Made by a program: the position numbers and the translations under genes. The notes beneath the pieces were generated by a model, which saw only the letters and a program-made list of their open reading frames with translations, ran no database searches and had not been told where the DNA came from. This document shows, one piece after another, positions 47,898-61,629 of a stretch of DNA of 64,000 nucleotides; positions within the stretch are counted from its first letter, which is position 1, and each line of letters starts with the position of its first letter. The stretch comes from Penicillus capitatus (taxonomy: Eukaryota; Plantae; Chlorophyta), in NCBI GenBank assembly GCA_965649825.1, contig OZ287709.1, forward strand, positions 248,001 to 312,000. The letters are read 5' to 3'.

Positions 47898-50059
47898 ATG
47901 CGTTTCGCGCATTTCTCGCGCCCAGCAAGATATTCACACATCGTCCGTGCCGGTGTCGCGGCCAGGCCCCAAACGTTTGTCGACTTCCGCCACCGCGCTT
48001 TGCACTTTCTCTCTCTGAAGGGCACCGAAGGTCATTGACCCAAGCATCCCGGACATTCTCAAAAACGTCAAACCAAAGGTGGACGCAGCACGTCGACGTG
48101 CCGCCAACTGACGATGTTGTTCTATAGCTCGTGATCAACGGCGACTTCGTGGAAGCCGCGTCAGGAAAGACGTTTCCAATCGTCGATCCGAGAACGGAAG
48201 AAGTCATTGCGAATATCGCCGAGGCAGATGCTGAAGATGTCAATCGTGCTGTCAAAGCTGCACGCGTCGCCTTTGACGAAGGCCCATGGCCTCGTCTGTC
48301 TGGGAGAGTGCGTCACGTCGATGATCGCATTCTCTCACTCAGCATCACTCTTCTAGGAGCGCGGACGTATCATGAACAGATTCGCGGATCTCCTCGAACA
48401 GCACCAAGAAGAACTCAGCCGTTTAGAAACACTGGTCTGCGAGTTGATCCAGTCGACAAACATGAAGTGCTGCATGCGTAGGACAATGGGAAGCCACTGA
48501 CGCTGTCTCGCAACGTCGATCTTCCGAGCGTCATTGGTCACATCCGTTACTTTGCAAGGTATCACCCTTTTTCAGTCTTTTCCCGCATGTGATCGTGCTG
48601 TGTAGTTGGGCGGACAAGATCCACGGACAAACGATCCCAGTGGATGGCAATTTCTTCGCCTACACGCTTCATGAGCCGATGGGCGTCATCGGACAGGTGA
48701 CGCGGCTTTTCGTTTCACTTGAGAGACGATATGAGTTTGGCAGATCATTCCATGGAACTTTCCCTTGCTGATGGCGGCCTGGAAGATAGGCCCAGCTTTG
48801 GCAGCCGGCAACGCGGTCGTGCTGAAATGTGCCGAACAGACGCCGCTCACCGTCTTGAGGGCAGCAGAGCTGGCATTGGAGGCAGGAATCCCAAAAGGCG
48901 TTTTCAATGTTCTTCCAGGTTATGGTCCGACAGCCGGTGCCGCGTTGGCCTCGCACAAAGACGTCGACAAGGTTTCCTTTACTGGCAGCACTGAGGTTGG
49001 CCAGAAAATCATGACACTGGCCAGCGGAAACGTCAAGAACATATCTCTGGAATTGGGAGGCAAGTCTCCTGTCATTGTCTTTCCAGATGTCGACTTGGAT
49101 GCAGTTCGAGCTGCCTTTTCGCTTCCATCGTTTTCTATCTTCGTCTTCTAGGCAGCAGCAACGGCACATGAGTCTACGTTCTGGAACCAAGGCCAGGTCT
49201 GCAACGCCGGAAGCCGTCTCTACGTCCACGAAGACATCTTCGACGCCTTCGTCGAAAAAATGAAAAAGGCAGCGACCAACAGGCGAGATGCTTGCACCAT
49301 CACATCGAAGAAGCCTGTCTAACCTCGTCCTTGGTCAGAGTCGTGGGAGATCCGTTCACGGATGTCGAACAGGGTCCTCAGGTCGATGCCGACCAGTTCA
49401 AGAAGATTCTGGGATACATTGACAGCGGCAAAGAACAGGGTTTCGTGCCGTCACTGTCTGATGGTGGATGTTAGCTTTCGTCGTCTAGGTGCGGATTTGG
49501 TATGCGGTGGGAATCGTCTGGGCGACAAAGGATACTACATCGAGCCAACTGTCTTTGCAAATGTTCAAGACGAAATGAAGATCGCGCGCGAAGAGATCTT
49601 CGGCCCGGTCCAGTCCATCTTGAAATTCCGCGACACAGATGATGTCTTCGTTCCAGTCGTTTCTATCGCTGTCGAATGGCGAATGTCGTTTCAGGTGATT
49701 CGTCGGGCGAATGACTCGCCCTATGGATTGGCCGCCGGCATTCTGTGCAACGACATCAACACAGTGAACCGCGTCTCCCGTTCTCTTCGTGCCGGTGAGC
49801 CAGTCTTGTACACTCAAGCATGCATAGATGAGTTTTTTCACACTATGAAGGAACGGTGTGGGTCAATACTTACCATAACTTTGAGCATGCCTTGCCCTTC
49901 GGCGGTTACAAAATGAGTGGCATCGGACGCGACAAGTCGAAATACGCCTTGGAGCACTACACAGAGGTTCTCAATAAGAGGACACTTCCGTCGATTGATT
50001 GTTTTTGTGTTTAGGTCAAAACGGTGATGATGCCTCTGGAGAACTCTCCTTGGCTCTAG
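47898..50059 (+). CDS. Aldehyde dehydrogenase family 2-type, copy 2 (organelle transit peptide, canonical pocket)
   Basis: [23 protein letters not shown] presequence-like start; [49 protein letters not shown] and PLENSPWL. Confidence 0.92.
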
Positions 50060-50877
50060 ATCTTTTCCATTCAGTTTCCATTCCCTGCATTTTTTTCTTT
50101 TCTGAGCTCTTTAGGAGATCTCGTACCTGTCCAATCATGGCGACTTCACTCGATTCGATCGAATTTTAAAGTTTTGTGAAGTTGCAGTGTTTATGAACCA
50201 TACTAAAGCTTTAACGCATGCTTGTGGCTGTGGAACGATGAGTCTGTGTTATCCTTACCGTATTTGATGTTGTGAAAATACAATGGCATCGACGCGGCTT
50301 GGGATCTTCTATTCAGCGAATGCTTGCTTGATTTTTCTTCGAGAAAGACTAACAAACAAGATAGATCTTAAAACAAGACAAAATCGCGAAGAAGGCCTTA
50401 GCGAAATGGATGGATATTCTGCGATGAATGGCACTCCGGCAAATCACCCGATCAGGGAACATTGCTCTCTTTTCCGAGCCACTGCCGGGGATGTTTCAGA
50501 TACTCCTTGGGCAAAGAGGTAACACCTGTCCTATGTTCTTCCGATCGTCTCTCTTTCGGCTCACTTACTGTGTCCACTGACCGTGATCTCCTGACGGCAT
50601 AGCATTCTTTCGGCGGATACACCATCAAAACATTTTTCGGCAATGCTTTCGAAAGAATTCTCGCGTCGTCGTTGTCCGCATGAATAAACACCAATGAAAA
50701 GGAACAGAGCACACAAAATCTCAGCTGCATCGTATGTCATGCAAGCGTCTCAGAGCACGATATTCTCTTAATTATGAGCATTTCCGTAAAGTAACGCCTC
50801 GGATCAATGGCCATCCAGATGCAGATCTCGTGAGTGTGACAATAGTTTCCCATCCAGTCCACAGATAACACGTTTCC

Positions 50878-52741
<1,864 letters not shown>

Positions 52742-52817
52742 AATGCCACGCTTTGGAACAAATGCGCGACAGATGTGTCGTTTAGCGTCCTTCGATTGAA
52801 GTTCATGGCGTCGCGCG

Positions 52818-54160
52818 ATGCAGCGCGTATTGACGCAGAGTGAAGCGAGTGAAGTACTGTCTATTCTGAAAGGCAGTCTCGATAAAAACTTCGAATCGGT
52901 GACGCTCTCGTTTGGACTGCTGTTTCGTCGCGAGACCGACAAGTTCAAAGCGTGCTGTGGTTTGGTCAGTGCACTGTCGGAGGTCGCGTTTCTTGACGGC
53001 CGACAACGACTGTTTGCACTCTATGCTCTCCTGGAGCTTCATAGAGAAAGAACACCGGATCTGCATCCGTTCTGGGAATTTCTCCTTTCCTGTGGCACAA
53101 CGCCCCAAGCCCCGACTGAGGAAGTGGAGCTCGTGCATCTGTTCTTGATTCAGAATCGAGGAACGGAGTTGCTGAAACGGAACGTGAATGAATACCTCTA
53201 CGGCATCCGTGGCATTCCGCATTCCGTTTTGCGTTCTCATGCTCTCGATCTTCTTCAGCTACAGAAGAAGCGATACATAAAGGATTCTGGAATTGGTGCC
53301 TTTGGGCAATCTGGCCTTGCGAGAGTCCTGCTCGATGTCCCGCACGAACGAACAGGCGCTGTCGCGAGAGAACACCAAGCAGACATTTTTGAATCCTTTG
53401 CACAGAATCTGACGCTCTCCGGCTTCGAGCCACCCTTTACCAGACCTCTACCCCCAATTATGGATCTTATGGATTCGGAATGTCAGTGGAGAGAATCGCA
53501 GATTGCGATTCCTCTCATGTGGAACTGTGGGAGCTGTGATCCTTCTGAACAAACCTTACAGCGTCTTAAGAGTCTTATAGACGAAGCCATCCTCTCACCC
53601 CTCACCCTCTCACAACAAAAACAAGTTAGCCATCCTCTTTCCCCCCTGCCGGTCGCTGACTCGAAGAGCGACGGTGTTAGATGCGTCAAGACGTGGAAGA
53701 AGATCCCAAGCTTGTATTTCGTTGCGATTTGGATCCAGATGTGCTGCCTGCCCTGGTGGAGAATGCCCCTTCTGCTGCATCCGAAATGCTGCGGCATCTG
53801 CTTCCTTCGCCGCTGGGTTCTGCCTATCTCGCTTCGCTGGTATCCATGACAATGAGTTTGCATTCCATGGAAGTTGTGAACAGTCTTGCGACGTCCATCT
53901 CGTTGCCAGCAGACTTTGTTCAGGGCTACATATCGAACTGCATTACCTCATGCAATGCCATCGAAGATCGCCACATGCAGAGCCGCCTTGTCCGTCTGGT
54001 CTGCGTCTTCCTGCAGAGCTTGATCCGGATGAACCTTGTCGATATGCGAAATCTCATCCACGAAGTTCAAGCTTTCTGCATCGACCATTCCAGAATACGA
54101 GAAGCAGCTGGACTGTTTCGAATGCTGAAACAGATGGAGAATGAAGTGGAAGGCGAGTGA
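52818..54160 (+). CDS. CNOT11: CCR4-NOT complex subunit 11
   Basis: C-terminal SLHSMEVVN...YISNCITSC...QSRLVRLVCVFLQSLIR...EVQAFC...SRIREAAGLFRMLK; one intron at about 53625-53681. Confidence 0.92.
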
Positions 54161-54872
54161 AGAGACATTGGTCCGGCAAGCAAGCACGAGTCCGATATCC
54201 AATTCTTTCCTTCTTTAATCGATACCGTAAGCGAACCGCTCTGGCTTCTCAACATTATAGAAAGATGTACACCTCGAGATTGTAAGAATGCGTTTACTCG
54301 TGTTGTTGTTCCTGATGTTGTTGAGTTCAGACAGATATTCATAAGAGAACGGACAGAGCTGCTTCCTTGCCGGGTGGGTAGGTATCCTCTAAAGAGGAGA
54401 AGACAAATGAAACAAACAATCATGAACAATAACAACGACGGTCGTACGTTCATAACAGGAAGCTTCGCTTTCGGCAGATTTCTTCATGAGTGAGGCTAAA
54501 ATAAAATATCAGGTCAGCTCAAAGATGAAAGTATGTCGATTCTTACAGCAGATGTGCAGCAAGATATCATTGCTCTCATATAACAGCCTACTCCGTGATG
54601 CTGATCTACTACTCAGCGTCATATATGAAAGGAAGAACTCCGAAAAGGGTCAAGAGGGAATCCTGGGTTTTTCATTTAAAAAGCTGATACCGAACTGAAC
54701 AAGCAAACCAAATGAAACGTATCCTACTTCCCTGGTCTTGCCCACCGAGCCGCCCCGGAGGACCAGCTGAATTGTCTACAGACAGCAAATGAGATATACA
54801 AACGAAAGACCTGACATCCAATAAAAACGACTACCAACCCCAATGAAAGACAAAACTCAATGTTGACACCCT

Positions 54873-56447
54873 CTAACAGGTGTCGCTATCAGACAGAGAA
54901 TCGAGAAGAGAAAGCGGGTAACTATAAGTCGTCGGTCCAACAGGAGAAGCGAATGCGTAATCGGAAAGCGAGAGATGATGTGCTTCGAGATCGACAAGAT
55001 CTGTCGTGACTTCTTCTTTATGCTCATCAGAAACATCCCTGTCCTCCTCTTCCTGGTGATCTCTCAAGAAATGCCCGAGTGCTGCGACGGAGACGACCAG
55101 CAGAGCTTTGCACGAGAAACCGAGGGCAGCTCGGATCCAGCCGCCACGAGGACGACACATGGCATTTCCTTGGGACAGCTTCTCAGAGACCGTCGTTCCT
55201 AAAACATTGCTCGTCTTGGAACTATCACGTGGAAACCAGTCATAATGCTCGAAACGCGGCTTGTGCTTTCGGGATGACGTCTGAGAACTATTCTCAGACG
55301 GCATCACACAAAGGCTCGCGTCATTGACGGACGCCTCCGATCGTGGGGTCGAAGGATCCGTTGTCAAAGATGATGATTTTTGGCCGAAAAGATTAACGAT
55401 GGCTTTGGTCAGAGACCTCTTCCTCTCCAATTTTTTAACAGAATACATGGCGTCTTCCCCATCCGTCAAGTCATCGGTATCATCCTCAATATCCGTCGTT
55501 TCCGAAACTGGAATCTGCGGACGACGACGGAATCGTCCTTGCTTGTAAAACATCGCTTGACGGGTCGTGGCGGCGGCGGCGGCGGAGGTCGTCGAGGATG
55601 ACAAGGATGGCCTGCCATATCCTCTATCGTCCATGATATCGGTGGCATGGACCTCCGAGGCGAATGCGACGCGCGTGAGATCCACATTCCATGCGCTGCC
55701 ACGTTCGGCCCGCTCCGCTCCGAAGCCTTGCCAAAAATTCGATGGTAATGTGGGAGACAGACGCATCGCCTCGTTCTTGCCACACATCAGATCGTCCAGC
55801 GATGTATCGCAGCTCGTTTCGGAAGCGGCATGAGATTCTGGATGAACCTCCCCCAAATTTGCCAACTCATCCATATAGTCCGTCACTTCACTTCCGTATT
55901 CCAGCACCGTGTTCTGAGATGAGAGAGATGCGTTGCGAAGTCGACGCGTCGAGAAGCGCGAGATATCTGAGGCGCTGGACGCATGTGGACGGCGGCCTTC
56001 TTCAAATTTGCCGCAGGTACTGTCTCGGCCATCCGAAAGGCATGATGATGAAAGATTGGGTGCCTTGGTGGCGATCGAGATCGGTCCATCATGCTTGTCT
56101 TCTCTTTCCTTCGGTTCTGGATGTGCTGTCACGCGTCGCGCAAGCAGATGGGTCAGTCCGCCTCGTGGTTGCTGGTCTGATGGTCTTCCATGTCGCCAGC
56201 GCTGCTCGCCTGTTAAGATATCGTAGTAGAGATTTCCTTTCGTTTTGGGATAAGGTATTTTTGAACAGAACCGATCGACAGGGTCGTTTCGAAACAGAGG
56301 TGCCTCGGGCGAGGGTTTAGGAATACTACTGCTGCGGCGGCGATGCGCGTAGCTCTGCGTTTTGCGAAGGGTCCCTTTCGCATCTGCTCCACCTGTTGAC
56401 GAGCTCGGGTAGTATTCTAACGATTTCGATGTTTTTCCTGCAAACAT
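54873..56447 (-). CDS. Hypothetical Ser-rich protein with a C-terminal TM helix, intronless
   Basis: Uninterrupted frame of more than 520 codons from ATG 56447; low-complexity Ser/acidic tracts; TM-like KALLVVSVAALGHFL near the end. Confidence 0.65.
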   Translation of the reverse strand: MFAGKTSKSLEYYPSSSTGGADAKGTLRKTQSYAHRRRSSSIPKPSPEAPLFRNDPVDRFCSKIPYPKTKGNLYYDILTGEQRWRHGRPSDQQPRGGLTHLLARRVTAHPEPKEREDKHDGPISIATKAPNLSSSCLSDGRDSTCGKFEEGRRPHASSASDISRFSTRRLRNASLSSQNTVLEYGSEVTDYMDELANLGEVHPESHAASETSCDTSLDDLMCGKNEAMRLSPTLPSNFWQGFGAERAERGSAWNVDLTRVAFASEVHATDIMDDRGYGRPSLSSSTTSAAAAATTRQAMFYKQGRFRRRPQIPVSETTDIEDDTDDLTDGEDAMYSVKKLERKRSLTKAIVNLFGQKSSSLTTDPSTPRSEASVNDASLCVMPSENSSQTSSRKHKPRFEHYDWFPRDSSKTSNVLGTTVSEKLSQGNAMCRPRGGWIRAALGFSCKALLVVSVAALGHFLRDHQEEEDRDVSDEHKEEVTTDLVDLEAHHLSLSDYAFASPVGPTTYSYPLSLLDSLSDSDTC

Positions 56448-57145
56448 ATTCCTACACCCGTTGTCCTGTGACGGATGATGAGGGTATGCATCCGAAAAGC
56501 ATACTTTGTTAACTGTGGAAAGATTTTTGAGAGACGCGGCGAAGGGACAACTAAGCGTTTGAATAGTGAAGGCCGCAGCTATCAAAAGATGAAGTTTGGG
56601 GCACACGCAGGTGAGACGGAACGGACGGCGTGTGAGAAACGATGTTCAAAAACGTGTTGACGAAACAAGGGATCGTACGTGACTGGCTTTCACGAACACA
56701 TCTCAATGCATTACCGTGTAAAACACAAGTGGGTTCCATCCAGCTTCCAATAGCAGAGCTGGTTTTCCCTCGCCACAAAGTGCAGAATCTGAGCCACGTG
56801 TCTGGGAACGGCCTCCTTCCTCTCTGCAGATGGTGACCCTGCCTCGATGTATCCTTTCATTGATGGACATGGCATGTGGCGGTTTTGCCTCGGCTGTCAC
56901 ATCTTTCGACCACAGCCTTTGTGTGCTATTGGCAGGCTAAACAAGAATAGAGTCGGGTGCTTTGCGGTCTAAAGGCCGAACGAGGCACGAACCGTACGTT
57001 GTAGCCGTCTGAGGGTCGTAGGATTTGGAATCACCGATTGGCTGACGTGGTCGTTCATTAAAGCCATGAAGCAACACTCGCGTTATCGCTCACCAGTCGT
57101 TTGAGTATTTCCCTGGCATTTCCGTTCTTTCTTGTATTTGTCCCA

Positions 57146-60100
57146 ATGCGACGACGCACCGCCTTTCAGACGATATGCCTTCTGCTACTACTGTCGACCG
57201 TTCTGGTCCCAATTTCGGGCCAAGTAAATCCCACTGGTTTGCGGTTCACGACCGGAGACGGAGAACCCGCGGTAGACGACGAACCCTCAGAGGAAGTAAC
57301 GTCGAATGAAGAAAAGCCAAGCCCTGAGGAAAACGCAGAAACCGAACCGCCAGCGAAGACCACGGGTATCGTCACCAGTTTGCCGCTAGCACACGATATG
57401 GACGAAGCTGAGACGGAAAAACCGGCAGAGAAAGAAACGCCAAGCTCTACAAAGGACGAAGAACCAGATGAACACGGAGCGCCTGGCGGTCACATAGAAC
57501 ACGAGGAAGACGGGGCGCATGAAAGTAAAGCGACAACAGCCACAAGCGAGACACCGTCGCATAAGCACTCGACGGACGATGAAGCGGAACATGGAGATAG
57601 CAGCAACCACGAAGCGTCGGACGCCGAAAGTCACAGCGATATCGTAACCACGGCGTCGAGCTCTACGGGAGAGGCACATGGGGCACATACCAACGAGCAC
57701 AGCGCGGGTGGAGAGCACGACGCAACGACGTTGTCACATGAAGAGGAAGAAGCGGAGTGCGAGGAGCATCATGGCGGAGCCGACGTGGTTTTGTTGCTTT
57801 TCTTTATGTTGTTGATTGGCCTCGTCACGCGCTACGCTCTACACAAACTCCCTGTGCCCTATACGGCACTGCTGTTGGTACGTCGCTCGCCGCGGAGAGG
57901 CGCGGACTGTTCGTACGAGGCAGCAATGAACGGTGGTTGGTTGTTGTAGATTATGGGGATGATTCTCGGCGCCATGCAGATTCGACTAACAAGCCACACG
58001 AACGAAGAGGACATGATGCCAGGACACCAAAGCGAAGAAGAGGCTCATAACGAAGAAGGTCATGAAGAAGGAGGCCATGAAGGAGGCCATGGCGGTCACG
58101 GTGGACACGCCGTCAATGTACAAGGCCACGACCATTGGGAGAAATTCGCCATTGGAATAAACGCCTGGCGGGTAAGACCAATCGATGTCTATGTGATCAT
58201 GGATGATGACCTCACACATTTGTGTGATGTGACAGTCACTGGAGCCCGAATTGATGCTTCTCGTCTTTCTTCCTGCATTGATCTTCGCCAGTGCCTTTTC
58301 TCTCAATTTCCACATTACCAAGAAGAGCTTTGGTCAAGTACGCATACCTTAAGAAGGTAGATGTGGAAGGATAAGCAAATGATGTGACAGGTCTTGACAT
58401 TAGCCGGACCTGGTGTGGTAATTGGGACCTGCATTACAGCCGTCTTCGTCAAATATTCATTTCCTTACGGTTGGTGTTGGCCAAAGTGTTTCATGTTTGG
58501 TGCCATGATCAGCGCCACAGATCCCGTCGCCGTCGTCGCCCTGCTCAAAGAGGTCAGCCATCACCATCTCCATTCCTCTCGTTCAATTCTTGTGCTTAGG
58601 TGGGTGCGTCCAAGAGATTGGGTACTGTCATTGAAGGAGAGTCGCTCTTCAATGACGGAACGGCTTTCGTGTTCTTCTTACTCTTTAGAGACATGATCCC
58701 GACGAATTCTGACTGTCTCAATGACAAATACAATTGCAGGGAGGAGCCCGTCGGCAGCAACATCTGCGAGGAAGATGTCTTTGTGCCACAAGGATGCCTC
58801 AACGAGCGCGATTTGGGTCAGTCGATTACATTCTTTCTGCAGTTGGCACTCGGAGGTCCTGCCATCGGTATTCTCTTTGGCTTGGGCGCGACGTTCTGGA
58901 TTCAGTACATCTACAACGATCTGCTGACAGAGATTTCTGTGACATTGGTGACGGCTTACCTGACGTTCTACGTTGCCGAAGACGTCGCCGAAGTGTCCGG
59001 CGTCCTCGCCGTTGTGGCACTGGGCCTGTTTATGGGTTCCTTTGCCAAAGACAGGATCTCATCGGCCGTCCACGAACCGATGCATGTCTTCTGGGAAATG
59101 ATGGAGTACTTGGCCAACACACTGATCTTTGTCTACACAGGTCTCAAGATCTCCGTCGAACTATTCGATTCCACGAATCCGAGTTCGAATTTCATCGGGA
59201 CCAGAGAGTGGGGTCTCGCCGTCTTCCTCTATCTCATGCTCCAGTTGATCCGGTTCGCCACGATCTTCATGCTGCTGCCAGTGCTCCAACGCATGGGGTA
59301 CGGTATGACCTGGAGAGATGCCTTGGTTGCCGTCTGGGGAGGACTCCGTGGAGCGGTGGGTCTGGCATTGGCCCTGATCGTTCAACTGGATCGCAATCAC
59401 ATCCCACCATCGTTCAGGAGTTACACCATCTTCTATCTCGGTTTCGTGGTGATCGCCACGCTTTTGCTCAACGGCACCACGATGCCCTATCTCCTGAAGT
59501 TCCTGGGGGTGACGAAGACCAGTCCGGAGAAACTGGAGGTTCTTTTCTATCTCCTCAAGGAGATGGAAGAGAACGGAGACAAACGCGCTATGGACGGCGA
59601 AGACGAGCTTTTGGGTATTCCCGATTACACCGAGATCCACAAATTGACAGCACTGAATATTTCGAAGATTGTCCCGACGAGTAAAGAGATTGAAACGGTC
59701 ATCGAATCGGCTACTGTGACAAACCATCCTGCGGGATTGAACATCCGTCACAGCCTCCATCAAAGCAGTCTCAGATTTAATCCTACAGGACGAGGCAGTC
59801 TTGCCGAGATTGTAGAAGAAGTGGCACGGGGTCCAGAAGAGCGAGTGTTGGATGTCGAGAAGCCGCAGAATCAGACGATGCTTGAACAGTTGAAGGCAAA
59901 GTTCTTCGGCGGCCAGCATCGACGCTTCGATCTCGACGACAGTCCCAAGAAAGAGACCTTCACTCCGGACATGTTGGTCCAGGACTTGAGATCGAGACTG
60001 CTGCAAGGTGTGAAGACGGCCTATGCAGAATGGCTGGAGAAAGGGTTTATTGGTGCCAAACCCATGTTCGATTTGATTGCTAGTTCCGATTACGCTATTG

Positions 60101-61629
60101 ATCGACTCGATCAGCCCATCTGCGACTGGGAGTATGTTGAAAAGGTCGCCAAACCAGCCAGATGGAGAGTCGAGATTCAGAAGATCAAGAGCAATAGATG
60201 CGGAGGCCCTGTGGGCGATTTCGTCAATAAAGGCATCTCCAAAATCCTCTTCGATACCATGCACCATGCGGTGTTGCTTGCACGAACTTACATTATGGCA
60301 CACCATGAGGCAGAGCATGCAATCCATGAATATATTAAGAGTGAGATAGATGACGGCCAGAGAATGCCGGATCTGACGAAGAAGAGGATCATGGAGGATG
60401 CCGTCGAAATGGTCGTCCGGGAAAGCAAGGAGGCATCTAAGGCGGCGTACGAAATGATGCGTGATTTCAGAATGGTCTATCCCGAGATTCTCAGAGCGAT
60501 CAAGACGCGACTGTCGGCTCAAGAAGTCCTTCTGGAGAAACAAGCCTACGTTCACCAGATCGTAGGGGCCGGATTAATTGAGGAGAGAGAGGCAACACTT
60601 ATCCGTGAGATGATCGATACCAAACTCAAGTACCTCACATACAATACATTGGTATTGGATCTGCCGAATTCGCACGATCTCCTTCACTCCCATCCCATAT
60701 TCATCAACCTGTCCAACAGCGTCTTCGACAGTCAGATCTGGCCGCACGCCAAGCCGAAGGTCTTCACGAAAGGAAACAGGATCTTCTCTATTGGAGAGGA
60801 GCCCAAGAATGTTACTGTGGTCGTCCGGGGTCTTGTGAAAATGATTGATTCCGAAGGCAACGAAGCGCCGATCGGCGACGGCTTCGGATCTGTACTGGGT
60901 GTATCCGAGATCATGTTGAATCGCCCTCGTGCCATGACCATGCACTGTGAAACGACATCAGAAGTGATCCAGATTGACAGACAGATGTACGAGACTTTCG
61001 TGGAACGATACTCGAGTGTCCGCACCCGTTCGTGGCAACTGACGGGAATGATGCTGACGTATCTGAATCCGTGGGGCGACTTCGTCAACCGTTCCATTCT
61101 GGACCTGGCAACCGTATTCAGGACAGCTCAGGTTCTGGACTTCGAGCCTGGCGATGAACTCCGTGTCCGAACGCCGTCCTATCTCTTGATGGGTACGGTT
61201 AAGGAAGCCGGATTCATTCAGGCATCTCCGCGATCCATCATCGGTCCATCGCCTCTCGGTCCGGGACTGGGTATCTACAACTGTGTGAGTTCCGTCAAAA
61301 TTCTGAGAATCCCGATGCCCGATGCGCCGGGTCATTCGCAACAGAGCGGTTCCTTCGGCAGCACAAAGAAGATGTTGTCGCGCACAAGTCAGTCGATGCA
61401 GAAGATCACGACGCCTGTCGGATCCAGTCACTCCGTGCAGCCCCGTTCACAGACGGCACGATCGTTGCTGGAAATCCCAGAAGGAGCAGAAGAAGTGAAT
61501 ATTCCCGATGACGAGAGACCGAGAAAACTCGAGTCCCAGTCGCTCACTGTCGCTCACTCTATGAGCGCCGACCTAGAAATGCGCAATGTCATGAGGAGAC
61601 GACTCACCAGGAACAGCATTGAGTTTTAG
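57146..61629 (+). CDS. SOS1: SOS1/NHX7-type Na+/H+ antiporter with signal peptide, His-rich ectodomain and cNMP-binding-like domain
   Basis: LPVPYTALLL, FLPALIFASA, AMISATDPVAVVALLKE, IEGESLFNDGTA, WGGLRGAVGLALAL and NGTT; long cytosolic tail with a CNB-like segment (IFSIGEEPK...GSVLGVSE). Confidence 0.93.
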
